64,000 nucleotides of DNA from Fistulifera solaris (Eukaryota), in the NCBI GenBank assembly GCA_030295235.1, contig AP026172.1:496001-560000 (forward strand), written 5' to 3'. The notes beneath the pieces were generated by a model. The model ran no database searches. It was not told where the DNA came from and was given only the letters and a program-made list of their open reading frames with translations. Position numbers and translations under genes: made by a program. This document shows, in pieces, positions 49,182 to 59,943 of this stretch. Numbering within the stretch: position 1 is the stretch's first letter; the number at the start of each line of letters is the position of its first letter.

Positions 49182-50590
49182 ATGAAGTTCTCGATCGCCT
49201 TTTCTTTTCTCTTTGCTTCTAGCACCGCATTTCATTTGCAAAATCCCTCGACGACGAGCTCGTCGGCCCTTTATGCTGGCGTCGAACGCAACGCCAACTT
49301 TGCCAAGTTGGCCGGTGGATACTTGTTTCCGGAAATCGCGCGCCGACGCACCAGTTATCTCGAAGAAAATCCGGCCATGAAAGATCGGGTTATTTCGTTG
49401 GGTATCGGTGATACCACGCAACCCATTCCTCCTCACATTTTGAATGGATTGGTCGAAGGTGCCAAGCAATTGGGAACCAAGGAAGGATATTCTGGATACG
49501 GAGCCGAACAAGGAATGCAAAAGCTTCGTGCCAAAATTGCTGAAAAACTTTACAACGGTATTATTGCGGCCGACGAAGTCTTTGTGAGTGATGGTGCAAA
49601 GCCCGATATCATGCGATTGCAACAAATGTTTGGACCTAAAGTTGTCAGTGCTGTTCAGGATCCCAGTTATCCTGTTTATGTGGATACTTCGGTCATCATG
49701 GGTCAGACCGGTGAACAAGACACAAACTTGAAGCAATACGAGAACGTGATTTATATGCCTTGCACTCCGGAAAATGGATTCTTCCCGGACTACTCCAGCG
49801 TGCCCCGCGCTGATATTGTGTACTTGTGTTCGCCAAAGTAAGTGCTAAATGGCAAGTCATTATGTCGACGCCACTTCGTTTTCACTCAATACGTCATTTT
49901 ATCTTTCTACAGCAACCCTACAGGAGCTGCAGCCACCAAGGAGCAACTGGAAGGTTTGGTCAAGCTCTGCAAGGAGCGGGGATCGATCTTGGTGTTCGAT
50001 GCGGCCTATGCCCCTTTCATTCGTTCGGAAGGCGTTCCCAAATCCATCTTCGAAATTGAGGGTGCACGTGAAGTTGCTATTGAAGTTAACTCTTTCAGTA
50101 AGTACGCTGGTTTTACGGGTGTTCGTCTGGGATGGACTGTCATCCCTGGTGATTTGAAGTTCAAAGACGGAAGTCTCGTTCGCAACGACTTCAACCGTAT
50201 TATGACGACTACGTTCAACGGAGCTTCCAACATTGTACAAGCGGGAGGTCTGGCTTGCCTGGACGACGAAGGATTGGCCGAAATCGATGCCTTGATTGAC
50301 TATTACCTGAAAAACGCCAATATCCTCAGAGAAACTTTCGAAAAGATCGGTTACGATGTTTATGGTGGAGTTGATGCTCCGTATGTCTTTGTCAAACTTC
50401 CCGCATCAATGGGCGGCAGCTGGGATGCGTTTCAAACAATTCTTGAAAAGACCCAAGTAGTGACAATTCCCGGCGCTGGATTCGGTCCTGGTGGAGAAGG
50501 CTTTTGCGATTGTCTGCGTTCGCTCCTCGTGAAGCTGTAGTAGAAGCTTGCAAACGTCTCGAAGAAGCGCTTGCCCCTGTGAGCGCATAA
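49182..50590 (+). CDS. dapL: Plastid LL-diaminopimelate aminotransferase; intron 49838-49912; frameshift at 50502-50505
   Basis: Bipartite presequence (SSTA-F), GYLFPEI, ISLGIGDTTQP, SDGAK, CSPN|NPTG, FDAAY and SFSKYAGFTGVRLGW (PLP lysine). Confidence 0.95.
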
Positions 50591-50803
50591 ACCCAATCGG
50601 TTTAGTAAATAAATGTCACTACAATATCCTTAGAATGACTATATCAGATTTTTCTAGACAATAGACACGTCCTCTGTATTTGTTGTACTAAAGAAGTGAC
50701 GTTTAGATGCCGATATGTATAGAATGAATATTTGTTACACAGATCACCGTCGGCGCAACGTTAGTGAATAAAGATAACGTTTTAAATGCAATATGCCGAG
50801 CAG

Positions 50804-52474
50804 TTAAGAGGATCCTGTTTTTGTGCATTCGAGTCCGGTGGCGCAGTCCCACGTGTTGAGCATGCGGCATGTCACGAAGCTATTCAATTCGTTCGTACAT
50901 GGCTTGCAGGTATTGCACAGTTGAAAGTCCGTGCAAAAGCCATCATTAAAGGTACCACATTCTGCGGATAAATGGGTCTCGACGGCAGTGTTAACGCAGT
51001 TGCGGCATTCAGTTACGTTGTCTTGATTTCCAATTTCCGCTAGACAGGCTTGGTATCCGTTTATTTCAGCGCCGCAGGGGTCCGGATCTCGCGCACAATC
51101 AACTCCAGAACTGCAACCATTTGTTGTCACTAAGCAGCTCACATATGTCTCGGCTTCATCTCGACACCCGTTATTACCATTTCCTCCACAAGCATCACAT
51201 TCTTCGAATCCAACACAGAATGACTCTTGAATGTCGTTACAGAGATTGGAATCTACTCCCAAAGCTGTTTCAAACGAGTCGCGAACACATCCGAGACACA
51301 ATTCTAATCGATCTGCTGATGCAAACGATCCTAAGCACGAATGATACGAAACCATCTCATCATCACAAGGCTCCTTCGGCTTGTCGCAATCAATGCCGGC
51401 GTTGCATTTATTGAAATTAACAGTCATGCAATTCATCCATTCCTCCATCTGATCCATGCAACCTCCACATTCCGTACACTTGCCAAATGCAGTACAGAAA
51501 TCGGAATGAAATGCCGAGCACATCACCTGTTCATCAGCCTTTTGAATCGCATCATTCACACATTTGACGCACGTCGCTGCATTTTCAGTTCCTACGCCGT
51601 CCAAACAACGTCGATATTGGATGATCTGTGTCTCGCATACCGCTTCTGGCTCAACTTCAGGCGCTGTAGCGCAGTTTACTTCACATGTGCCCGTTTCGTT
51701 AAAGAAGCAAACGTTCCACTTTTCGAACTGTTTAGCGCAAGTCCTGCACGACGTCGGACAATTTTCGGAAATAGCGGTACAAAGGTGATAGTTGATACGA
51801 TCGCAGGAAGCTGCAATCTCAGTCGCTTCTTTTGCTTCATAGAAGCATTCCTTGCACGCAGTCTGAGAGCTACCCAAGTCGGCTAAGCAATCATCGAACT
51901 GAAAATGCTCGTCTGCACAGAAGGGATCATCGGTTGGAGAGGTTGGTATCGAAATAACAGGTTCACTATTCGGAGCAGAAGTCGGCGCAACAATGATCGG
52001 AGTGGAACTTCCGCCATCATCATCCATGGCCATCTTGATTAAGACCGAACCGGCAATTAAAACACCAAAAAAGACAAACGCAAAGCCTGTGTAACCATAG
52101 CAGCATCCGAAGACGCCTCCGACAACACTGTAACGGTAATTGCTGCTTGACTTTTGCGGAGTTATGGCAGACTCGGGTCGGAGCAAAGTGTCTCCGCCAT
52201 GTGGATCAACATCATTCGAATAAGAGTTTGACCGTTCTTGGTAATAGGACTTTGCTTCTTCTTCTGGAACATGACTCTCTCGAGATACATCGTAATTATA
52301 GGAAGTGGCATTGGTATAGTTGTTCGTTACGTCTTCCGACGATTCGGATTCATCGGAAGAGGACGCCTCTTCCTGATAGGACTCTTCATCGTCGTCTTCT
52401 CCTTCCTCGTGATCGTAGGCTAGATCGGGGAAAAGTGAAGGTGTCAATGTTGAATCAATCGAAGGCGGTTCCAT
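50804..52474 (-). CDS. Type II membrane protein with four tandem 12-cysteine repeats
   Basis: Acidic N-terminus, single TM (FAFVFFGVLIAGSVLI), APTSAP stalk, four ~85-90-aa Cys repeats. Confidence 0.85.
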   Translation of the reverse strand: MEPPSIDSTLTPSLFPDLAYDHEEGEDDDEESYQEEASSSDESESSEDVTNNYTNATSYNYDVSRESHVPEEEAKSYYQERSNSYSNDVDPHGGDTLLRPESAITPQKSSSNYRYSVVGGVFGCCYGYTGFAFVFFGVLIAGSVLIKMAMDDDGGSSTPIIVAPTSAPNSEPVISIPTSPTDDPFCADEHFQFDDCLADLGSSQTACKECFYEAKEATEIAASCDRINYHLCTAISENCPTSCRTCAKQFEKWNVCFFNETGTCEVNCATAPEVEPEAVCETQIIQYRRCLDGVGTENAATCVKCVNDAIQKADEQVMCSAFHSDFCTAFGKCTECGGCMDQMEEWMNCMTVNFNKCNAGIDCDKPKEPCDDEMVSYHSCLGSFASADRLELCLGCVRDSFETALGVDSNLCNDIQESFCVGFEECDACGGNGNNGCRDEAETYVSCLVTTNGCSSGVDCARDPDPCGAEINGYQACLAEIGNQDNVTECRNCVNTAVETHLSAECGTFNDGFCTDFQLCNTCKPCTNELNSFVTCRMLNTWDCATGLECTKTGSS

Positions 52475-53200
52475 CTCGTCGTTATCGTATTTGCCTCAGG
52501 AGTGCCTACCAGGAAAAGACAGTCTATTGCACAAGCTGGTTGAGATGGAAATAGATAAAAGTTTGCTGAATGTCTTTTGGGAGCCTACTGGTACCAGGCA
52601 TGGAATAGAAAGGTTTGTAGTTCTTTGCGCTCTCCGTCTCCGCCGAACGATGGCACTCATCGACGAAGGATGACAGTTTGGACCTGCCACTGACAAAAAT
52701 GTTACCTTAACGGTACTGGATTTCTATTTGAAGAACGTTCCCAACCGCCTCGCGGACAAAAAATTAACTGAGCCGAAAAGCAGGTACTTGTATTGGGACA
52801 GTTTTTGGGGTAAAGGCTTCCGCAGAAGTATTAAACCATCACAAACTAAAATTTGACGCATCGAGACGAGACGAGACGAGACGATACGATACCTCGGATC
52901 GACCGACAAAGCAGTGATAAACAGCCACCACATAATATCTTTTATCATTTCAACTCGAGCAAGAACATAACATATCGGCAGCAGCTTAAGCTCATTACTG
53001 CGAAGACCAAGAGACTGGAAACTGCGTGAACGAAGGCTGTTGACGCGAACCCGAAAACTGTAGAGAGACAAGACTGCCTATGAATTCTCTCAATTTCCTT
53101 TTCTTGCTCTTTTTCTTCTCTTACACCTTTATCACAATCATTTAAATGCAAAGCATATCAATATTCTCGCACTATAAGTCTATTTGGGACCCAGCCTACT

Positions 53201-53641
53201 GTGCATTTCGAAGACCGCTTTAGTCGATGGCGCTTCCTTCAGCAGCTTCTGGACGAAGAATCCGACGAACATCGCACGAACCTTCTCGTGGGGCAAGTCC
53301 TGCGGGAGTATTTGAATGGTTCCAACGATAGTGACACGGCCGTTCCGGAACATACGGATCAACGAGTATCAGCTGTGCAAGCGGTAATCAATACGGCTCT
53401 CCCCGACGGAAGTATCCCAATATTGCCAAAATGCGAATCGTTGCTATTTGACCTGTTAGAATCGACGCTACCCGATCCACAGGAAGAAGAAGATGCCTAC
53501 AAGAGTAATTGGGATATGATCATGGAACTCCACGGAAGGGAAGCGGTGAAAGGGAATGAACAGGCTGGCGAAATATCGTGGAAGACAAGTTGTTTAGTCG
53601 CACGTGTTTTGCTTTTCTATGATTTCTTGACGAATGATTGA
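53201..53641 (+). CDS. Hypothetical protein (true start upstream, uncertain)
   Basis: 146-codon open frame with globular composition (RFSRWRFLQQLL..WDMIMELHGRE). Confidence 0.55.
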   Translation: MHFEDRFSRWRFLQQLLDEESDEHRTNLLVGQVLREYLNGSNDSDTAVPEHTDQRVSAVQAVINTALPDGSIPILPKCESLLFDLLESTLPDPQEEEDAYKSNWDMIMELHGREAVKGNEQAGEISWKTSCLVARVLLFYDFLTND

Positions 53642-54150
53642 AAAATGTGAAGTTCTACTACTTGTGCAGACCTTCGAGTTGCACTTAGTGGTAGAAAAGC
53701 GAATGTAGTGTTTGCTGCGAACGAAGTAGCTTATGTGATAGAATCGGTAGCATTAAACTGAACTATAGTAATTAGCGATAGAGTTAATGGCCGTGACGTA
53801 AACAACCAAATAGCTAAAACTATGCTTTTACTCGGACTCTAGAGAGAGTCGAATTAAATTCTTGGAGGGTGACTATACACGGAGTACATTGGAGTAAGAC
53901 ATAAGTCACGAGTCACGCGTCACGAGTTGTTCAGAAGGAAGTTCTACCGAGTTCTATGTATAGCAAATCGGTATTCGCAACGGCAATCATCTCCGTTGAA
54001 ACAGGTCGTTGCAAGTGTTACTGCACCGCAAGACCGCAAAATGAGCACAGGATGAAAGCAATTTAACAATAACAATAACAGTCATTAGTATTCATTCGAG
54101 TGCTTATGATAGACGAGAAATAATAGGACACGGCTAATTGTAGCATTAAC

Positions 54151-55491
54151 ATGAGGCGACAGATGCGCTACCCTATCTGTTGTTGCCTGTTTGTGCTTTT
54201 AGGATCATGGCTCTCAATACCCATAACGGTCATGGCATCGTTCACATCGAAAGCGGCTCCAAATACAAACGCGCCAGCCTTATCATCTTTGAAGAACTCA
54301 ACATCACTTGTCAATGCGACAAAGCACAGCTGTATTAAGATTGTCGAGACCGAAGTTTGGGATGGATCCAAATGGCAGGCGGCGCAATGGATGGATTCTT
54401 CGGGAGAAAATGCCGTCCCTTCGCCAGACGACACACCTTTGCCTACCAAGGCATCCAAGTGGATTTCTGGATGGAAAATCGTTGTCGGAGAAAGCAAGGA
54501 TGGCTGGAAATATACTTGGAAAAGGCCTCATCAGGGAATTCGGGAGAGGATATGGCTGCGGTATTATGAAATCAAAAAGATATCTGCAAAGAATCGCGTG
54601 AAGCGAACGAAACAAGGCAGTAAAGATGCTGAAGCTTCGTCTGACGAAATAGAGCAAACTATGGTCGTAAATCAAGGTCCCTATTTTGAAATGCCTCAGT
54701 GGATGCAGGCAGTAAGGGAGGATTTTAATTTTAAAGGATTTGGGTGGACTTTTTACAAGTCCTTACTACGCCCAACATCAGCTGGCGTTGCGTTTCGTTT
54801 TCCAATCACTTTCAATTTTGATACCTTTGATCGAAATCCGCAGCTGCCGTCTTGCAGTGGATCGGTGGCTGTCTACAATAACCCGTGGTGCATCGGTCTC
54901 TTCTTGACGATGAGTTTTCGACTCGAATTTTTGCAGTGGTTGGCACGTCGCGTGGCGGAGCGAACTGTGGCAGCAGTACTCTGGGTCATCTGGATATTGT
55001 TTGTGAGAAATTTGGGGATGTGTTTTTCGCTTTTAACTTACCCCGTAACTCACGAATGGAAACAATTGGCAGTCGTCCCCGAATACGTGTCAACTTTGTG
55101 GACACGTGGTGGAGTGGAAAAGCCTCAATACAGACGAACGGTAGAAGAACGACTGGGTTGCTCGGCATCTTGGCGCCTAACGCAAGGTCAAGGGTTTGAG
55201 TTTCGAAGGTCCTGCTGGCACTCAGTAGCTCCTACACTGACTAGTTTGTGGGAGGAATCGCTTCTCGGGAGACTCTTTCTAGGCGATATAGAGCCTCCAG
55301 CCTGGCTGCTGCGATACTCAGGGACGCTTGGTATATCCAATGCAGCCCCTACGTCGAACGAACCTTATTTTTCATCGAATGCCATTTTGAGTTTGTCAGG
55401 CTTTTACTTCCAAGCATCGCGGGGCATTGCGAAAGAAAAGCAACCAAGTCGCATCAAAAAAGAAGCTTGTACCTATTTCACGGAGCCGTGA
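54151..55491 (+). CDS. Hypothetical membrane protein with a Trp-rich DysF/Pex24-like segment
   Basis: 446-aa ORF; signal peptide; KWISGWKI..DGWKY..RERIWLR; central hydrophobic helices. Confidence 0.65.
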   Translation: MRRQMRYPICCCLFVLLGSWLSIPITVMASFTSKAAPNTNAPALSSLKNSTSLVNATKHSCIKIVETEVWDGSKWQAAQWMDSSGENAVPSPDDTPLPTKASKWISGWKIVVGESKDGWKYTWKRPHQGIRERIWLRYYEIKKISAKNRVKRTKQGSKDAEASSDEIEQTMVVNQGPYFEMPQWMQAVREDFNFKGFGWTFYKSLLRPTSAGVAFRFPITFNFDTFDRNPQLPSCSGSVAVYNNPWCIGLFLTMSFRLEFLQWLARRVAERTVAAVLWVIWILFVRNLGMCFSLLTYPVTHEWKQLAVVPEYVSTLWTRGGVEKPQYRRTVEERLGCSASWRLTQGQGFEFRRSCWHSVAPTLTSLWEESLLGRLFLGDIEPPAWLLRYSGTLGISNAAPTSNEPYFSSNAILSLSGFYFQASRGIAKEKQPSRIKKEACTYFTEP

Positions 55492-56203
55492 AATTCAAGA
55501 AACCGATCTTGAATTCGAGGGAGAGGAGAGTGACGTTCTGGAGCTCAGCTGATAGCCCATTTTCGCAAATGTAAGAGTGCTGGTCTTACGCGACGTTTCT
55601 CGGGTCTTTACCGTCCTATTTCACGTAATTGACTCAGGGATGTACGCTTTTGGTAATGTTGACAAATGAATCATTAATCATGATGTATAGATCACGTTGT
55701 TGTCATTCATGTTAGAGTCATAGCGTTGGCCTTAGTTTCATGCAGAATCATCATCGACCAGGATGATGAATGATGACTGATCCATGGCGGTGACGCTGGG
55801 ATAATTGATAAGTACATTTGGCAGTAAAGTCATTCATCCTTTGCAATCTTCTTTCGCAACAGGCCCTACCAACTTCCTTGACCAAAGTGCCACCAGCACC
55901 TTCATGCGGTACCGTATTTTTAAATGAAAACGGTCTTCTGGTCTTAATCGTAATAAATTGCGGACAAAACCCAGTTCAAAGAGTTCTCAGCCTGCCGTCA
56001 GCCGCAGGGTTTTTGTCTTGACTGTATTGCAAAGAGTACATTAGAGATTCTAGGCGAATGCCACAATCAGGGCCAGCAAGCGAGCGGTCTCCCAAATGAT
56101 AGGGTGGGTGGTTTTAGCGCTGCTACACTCCATCCCTGGATTATTTGTATTGTGGATGGATTGTTGCTCTTCTATCTATCTTCATGTTAATTGAATATCT
56201 AAC

Positions 56204-56824
56204 ATGCCTCCTAGACAATCAGCATTAACCGACCGGAGTCCGGTCTGTGTATCGCGGTGGGATGATGATGCGCAGTTCAAGAAAAAGGGTACCGTTCCTT
56301 TAGTAAAGTCTGTTTCCTTTGCGGAGCACAATGAGGTCTTCGAAATTTGGCACATCAATGACTTTCCCGATCAAATGATAGCAGATATATGGTATGATGG
56401 AGAGGAATATGCCGAGATAAAGGGATCCTATCAATCGACTATCTTTATGATGGAAGCCGGCCATAAACTGGATGAAAAAGAGGACACAGCGCGTGGACTT
56501 GAATACAGAACTCAAGATGGAGCTTGGGCACGTTATGAAAACAAACGCGACGCATATAATCTTGTACTAGACGAACAAGATAGGCAATGGAAATACGACA
56601 AAGATGATTGGAATGCCATAGCAGAGAAATACCTGGAGGTGTCGGTAAAGTGCATAAAAGCCGCTAATGAGAGAGGCCTGCAGGACGAACTTGACGTAGC
56701 AGACTATTTGAAAGACGTCCCAATAATTAAGAAAATCAAGAAAAAGAAATCGAAAGAACTCAAAGAAAACAATGAAAAGAAACCATTAAAAGGGGGAAAA
56801 AGGCTCGAAGAGGAACGACGATGA
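56204..56824 (+). CDS. Hypothetical diatom VxF/IWY/RGLE-family protein
   Basis: KSVSF..IWYDGEEY..RGLE..VLDEQ..RGLQD; the C-terminus may be frameshifted. Confidence 0.75.
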   Translation: MPPRQSALTDRSPVCVSRWDDDAQFKKKGTVPLVKSVSFAEHNEVFEIWHINDFPDQMIADIWYDGEEYAEIKGSYQSTIFMMEAGHKLDEKEDTARGLEYRTQDGAWARYENKRDAYNLVLDEQDRQWKYDKDDWNAIAEKYLEVSVKCIKAANERGLQDELDVADYLKDVPIIKKIKKKKSKELKENNEKKPLKGGKRLEEERR

Positions 56825-57617
56825 ACCGTCCTCTTCAACACTGAGAAGGAAGGGATCGTTAGAACGACCCTCACGTCAATAAAGCACCTTTGTTCTTAAC
56901 GGTTTGATAAAAGCTGCTGCGAAACGGTCGCTACGGTATTCTATGTCTATTTGAAAGGGCGTGGTCGGTAGTCGGACACGCTTCATCGCAGTGATATGAA
57001 CGCCAAGAGGCACCAGACTCTCAACTAGAGACTTTATTGTAGATTCTTAGAACAATAGCTCATAACTCATAACCTCATAATGCGATATGGACAGGAATTG
57101 AATTATGTTTGCTACCGTTAGCATCATCGAAGAACCCAATTGAGCTTTGGTTCTACGTAGCACTCTGTGTTTTAGTTCCAACTTATTACTTGGTCGAAAA
57201 TTTCAACCGGAAACACAGTGAATTTGTCTCAACAAAGATGATGTTTAACGATCAAGCCACAGACTGCATTAAAAGCGTAAGATCGCTTCCTGTAACAATC
57301 TCCCAAGACGAACGGCACTCATGCAGCCTTATAGCCAAGGATACGAGTTTGAGTAGCGGCATCTAGGCTTTCTTTTATAGAAATAGGAAGGTATTTCGGA
57401 TAGAAAATTGGAAAAAATTTGGTTGTCAATCAGGCCCCTCCTGACCTTTTACATGGTACAGGTACCTTATACTAAAATTATACTGGCTAGCTGCAGTATT
57501 CCTAGCCTCGTAAACAAAGTAGTGGGCCAAACTTAGCATAACCATTGATATTTCAAGAAAAAGACCTTTCTAATGGATCTGTATTAGCTACAAACGAAAC
57601 TACGAGGTGCTTCGTAC

Positions 57618-58229
57618 TTAGAAAGCATATTCAGAGCCGGTAGAAGAGGGGAGGATCGAGACACCGATCTGTTCATGCACCATCAAAGCGAGGATTCCCA
57701 TCATGGCAGCACGACCATTGTTCAACTCAATAGTGCGCTTGCGAAGCTTGGTAGAATCGGAAAAAGTATCCCAACCAAGATCGAAGTAGTTGTTGCGGAG
57801 ATCACCAGGGAATTCTCCTCCAACAAAGTCACGCATCACGAAGACTTCAAGAGCACCAATCAAAGCAAACAGTTGAAGCTTTCCAGCGTAGGGAACGGCC
57901 TCAAGACCGGCGTAACCACTGGGAATATCGGCGAAGGCGGTTCCGGAAAGGTCAATGTTTCCAGGAAGGCGGATTCCGGCTTCAGTGACCAGGTATCCAA
58001 CAACAGCAAGCATGGAAATGCGTCCATGCTTAAGCTCGACAAGGCGAAGGCGGTCGAACTTCTCTTGGTTACCATCAGCTACAAGGCCGAGAGGATCCCA
58101 GAAACCCAACGGCAACATGGCACCGAAGTCATCCTCAAATGCCGAAAGTGCGGTTGTCTTCGTGGAAGCCTTCTGGCTGGTGAAGGCAGCTGCGCTGCAT
58201 GCAAGGGAGGCGAACAAAGCGGTCTTCAT
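57618..58229 (-). CDS. Lhcf: Fucoxanthin-chlorophyll a/c binding protein (Lhcf type)
   Basis: SAAA-F presequence, PLGFWDPLG, ELKHGRISMLA and ELNNGRAAMMG. Confidence 0.97.
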   Translation of the reverse strand: MKTALFASLACSAAAFTSQKASTKTTALSAFEDDFGAMLPLGFWDPLGLVADGNQEKFDRLRLVELKHGRISMLAVVGYLVTEAGIRLPGNIDLSGTAFADIPSGYAGLEAVPYAGKLQLFALIGALEVFVMRDFVGGEFPGDLRNNYFDLGWDTFSDSTKLRKRTIELNNGRAAMMGILALMVHEQIGVSILPSSTGSEYAF

Positions 58230-58427
58230 GGTTATAATCTCGGCCAACTCAATTGATCAATAATCTTGTTGAATGTTATGTTTATTGCGAACCTGCTTCG
58301 TCACCTCGCTCATCAAGATATCTCGTTGCCGGATCTTCAGGTTGAACTTTTGTTGGCGCTCGGATCGGGATGGAGCGGTCAACGAGTACCGGAACGATGA
58401 TTTCGAAGACGCCAACACGGTCAGACG

Positions 58428-58759
58428 TAGACCTCTGTCCGTTCCCAGTTCACTCCAACAGGGAGGGAGTGAACAGGGATTTCTGATCGAACAAGGAGTG
58501 AACTGGGAGCATTCCCTGTTCGCATTAATGAGTCCCGTTTACGAAATATGGTAGTCAGTCCCTAATCCTTAACGCTTTAGATTAGAGATTTTCTGTTGAT
58601 TTACCGCGCAAACAAAGGAATAAAGGTCTCTGATTGCCGGTCAGACGTCCACCACTCATTCCCTGTTAAACAGGGAATTGGGAAAATGAACGAGGAAGGG
58701 AATTGAACTGGGATCCCAGTTGGGAATTCCCTGTTAAACGGAGAACGGACAGAGGTCTA
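58428..58759 (+). mobile_element. hAT-type MITE, copy 1 (332 bp)
   Basis: Perfect 17-bp TIR TAGACCTCTGTCCGTTC; 8-bp TSD GTCAGACG at 58420-58427 and 58760-58767. Confidence 0.95.
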
Positions 58760-58890
58760 GTCAGACGGTGGAGTCAAGCGTGGCAAGTGGCAACACCAAC
58801 CATAACTTTTTACCGGAGTATTCCGTAGTGGTAGAATCATCTCACGAAGAGAGTCTAGAGAGAGAGGCTAGAGAGAGAGGGCCTTGTGTT

Positions 58891-59225
58891 TAGACCTCTG
58901 TCCGTTCTCCGTTTAACAGGGAATTCCCAACTGGAATCCCAGTTCAATTCCCTTCCTCGTTCATTTTCCCAATTCCCTGTTTAACAGGGAATGAGTGGGT
59001 GGACGTCTGACCGGCACTCAGAGACCTTTATTCCTTTGTTTGCGCGGTAAATCAAAAGAAAATCTGAGAACTGTTAATGCGTAAAGGATTAGGGACTGAC
59101 TACCATATTTCGTAAACGGGACTCATTAATTTGTACAGGGAATGCTCCCAGTTCACTCCTTGTTCGATCAAAATCCCTGTTCACTCCCTCCCTGTTGGAG
59201 TGAACTGGGAACGGACAGAGGTCTA
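58891..59225 (-). mobile_element. hAT-type MITE, copy 2 (335 bp), inverted relative to copy 1
   Basis: Same TIR; 8-bp TSD CTTGTGTT at 58883-58890 and 59226-59233; its reverse complement aligns to copy 1 end to end. Confidence 0.95.
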
Positions 59226-59943
59226 CTTGTGTTGGCCTACGGCTCATCCCTAACCTTTTCTGTCTCCATGAGTTGCTGACGTCATCTCTACGTATTAGTC
59301 TTGGAAGCAGGGGAACAAGCGAAGGTTTCAGACTTGCAGGGATCTTCGTTGTTCCTTGCGAATCCTCTTGGATCCGCTAGTCAAATAATAGAGTACCGGT
59401 ACCAGGTAACAGGTAACTCACCTTTAGCTTAAAATTTTCATTTCGCAATTATTGTCCTTCTCGTAGGGCACAGGGCACGGCAGGCCTAGAGTCTTCGGGT
59501 CATTTAGTCATTGGTCTTTCTAGTCACTACTTTACACATGCATTTCAGATTTTCACTTATTAAAAACACCTCCAAGGGTAAGAAGTAAGAAGTACTCGAG
59601 AAGTCATCTTTCTTCAGGGCTTCGTACTCGTTTCGATCAGATTCAAATTTGGTTTCGCTTTTATGTAAAGAATCCGAATGCAGACTGTAGAGCTATTCCG
59701 GCCTTTATGTCTCAAAAGTCAAAAGACTGGAGCCCGGGGCGTTTTGGACTCTGGTCTCTGGTACCAGGTACCAGTAGTGGGAGGTACAAGTACTACGTAT
59801 ATCTCCGCTCTCCGCTTTCGGAACACCGAAAACCTTACCAGTACAAGCGAGAATTGGACGTGGACGCGTTGTCGTACGATCGTGCTACTTCACTACTTCT
59901 TTTGCAGAGTTTTGATCGCTACCACATTTCAATCACAAAAACA

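Noticed and set aside
55745..55785. C/D-box snoRNA suggested by ATGATGA and CTGA
   Set aside because: The boxes are adjacent with no guide region, and the sequence is a TGA-rich microrepeat.
58428..59225. One large foldback element or composite transposon
   Set aside because: Each half has its own distinct TSD and the outer flanks do not match each other.
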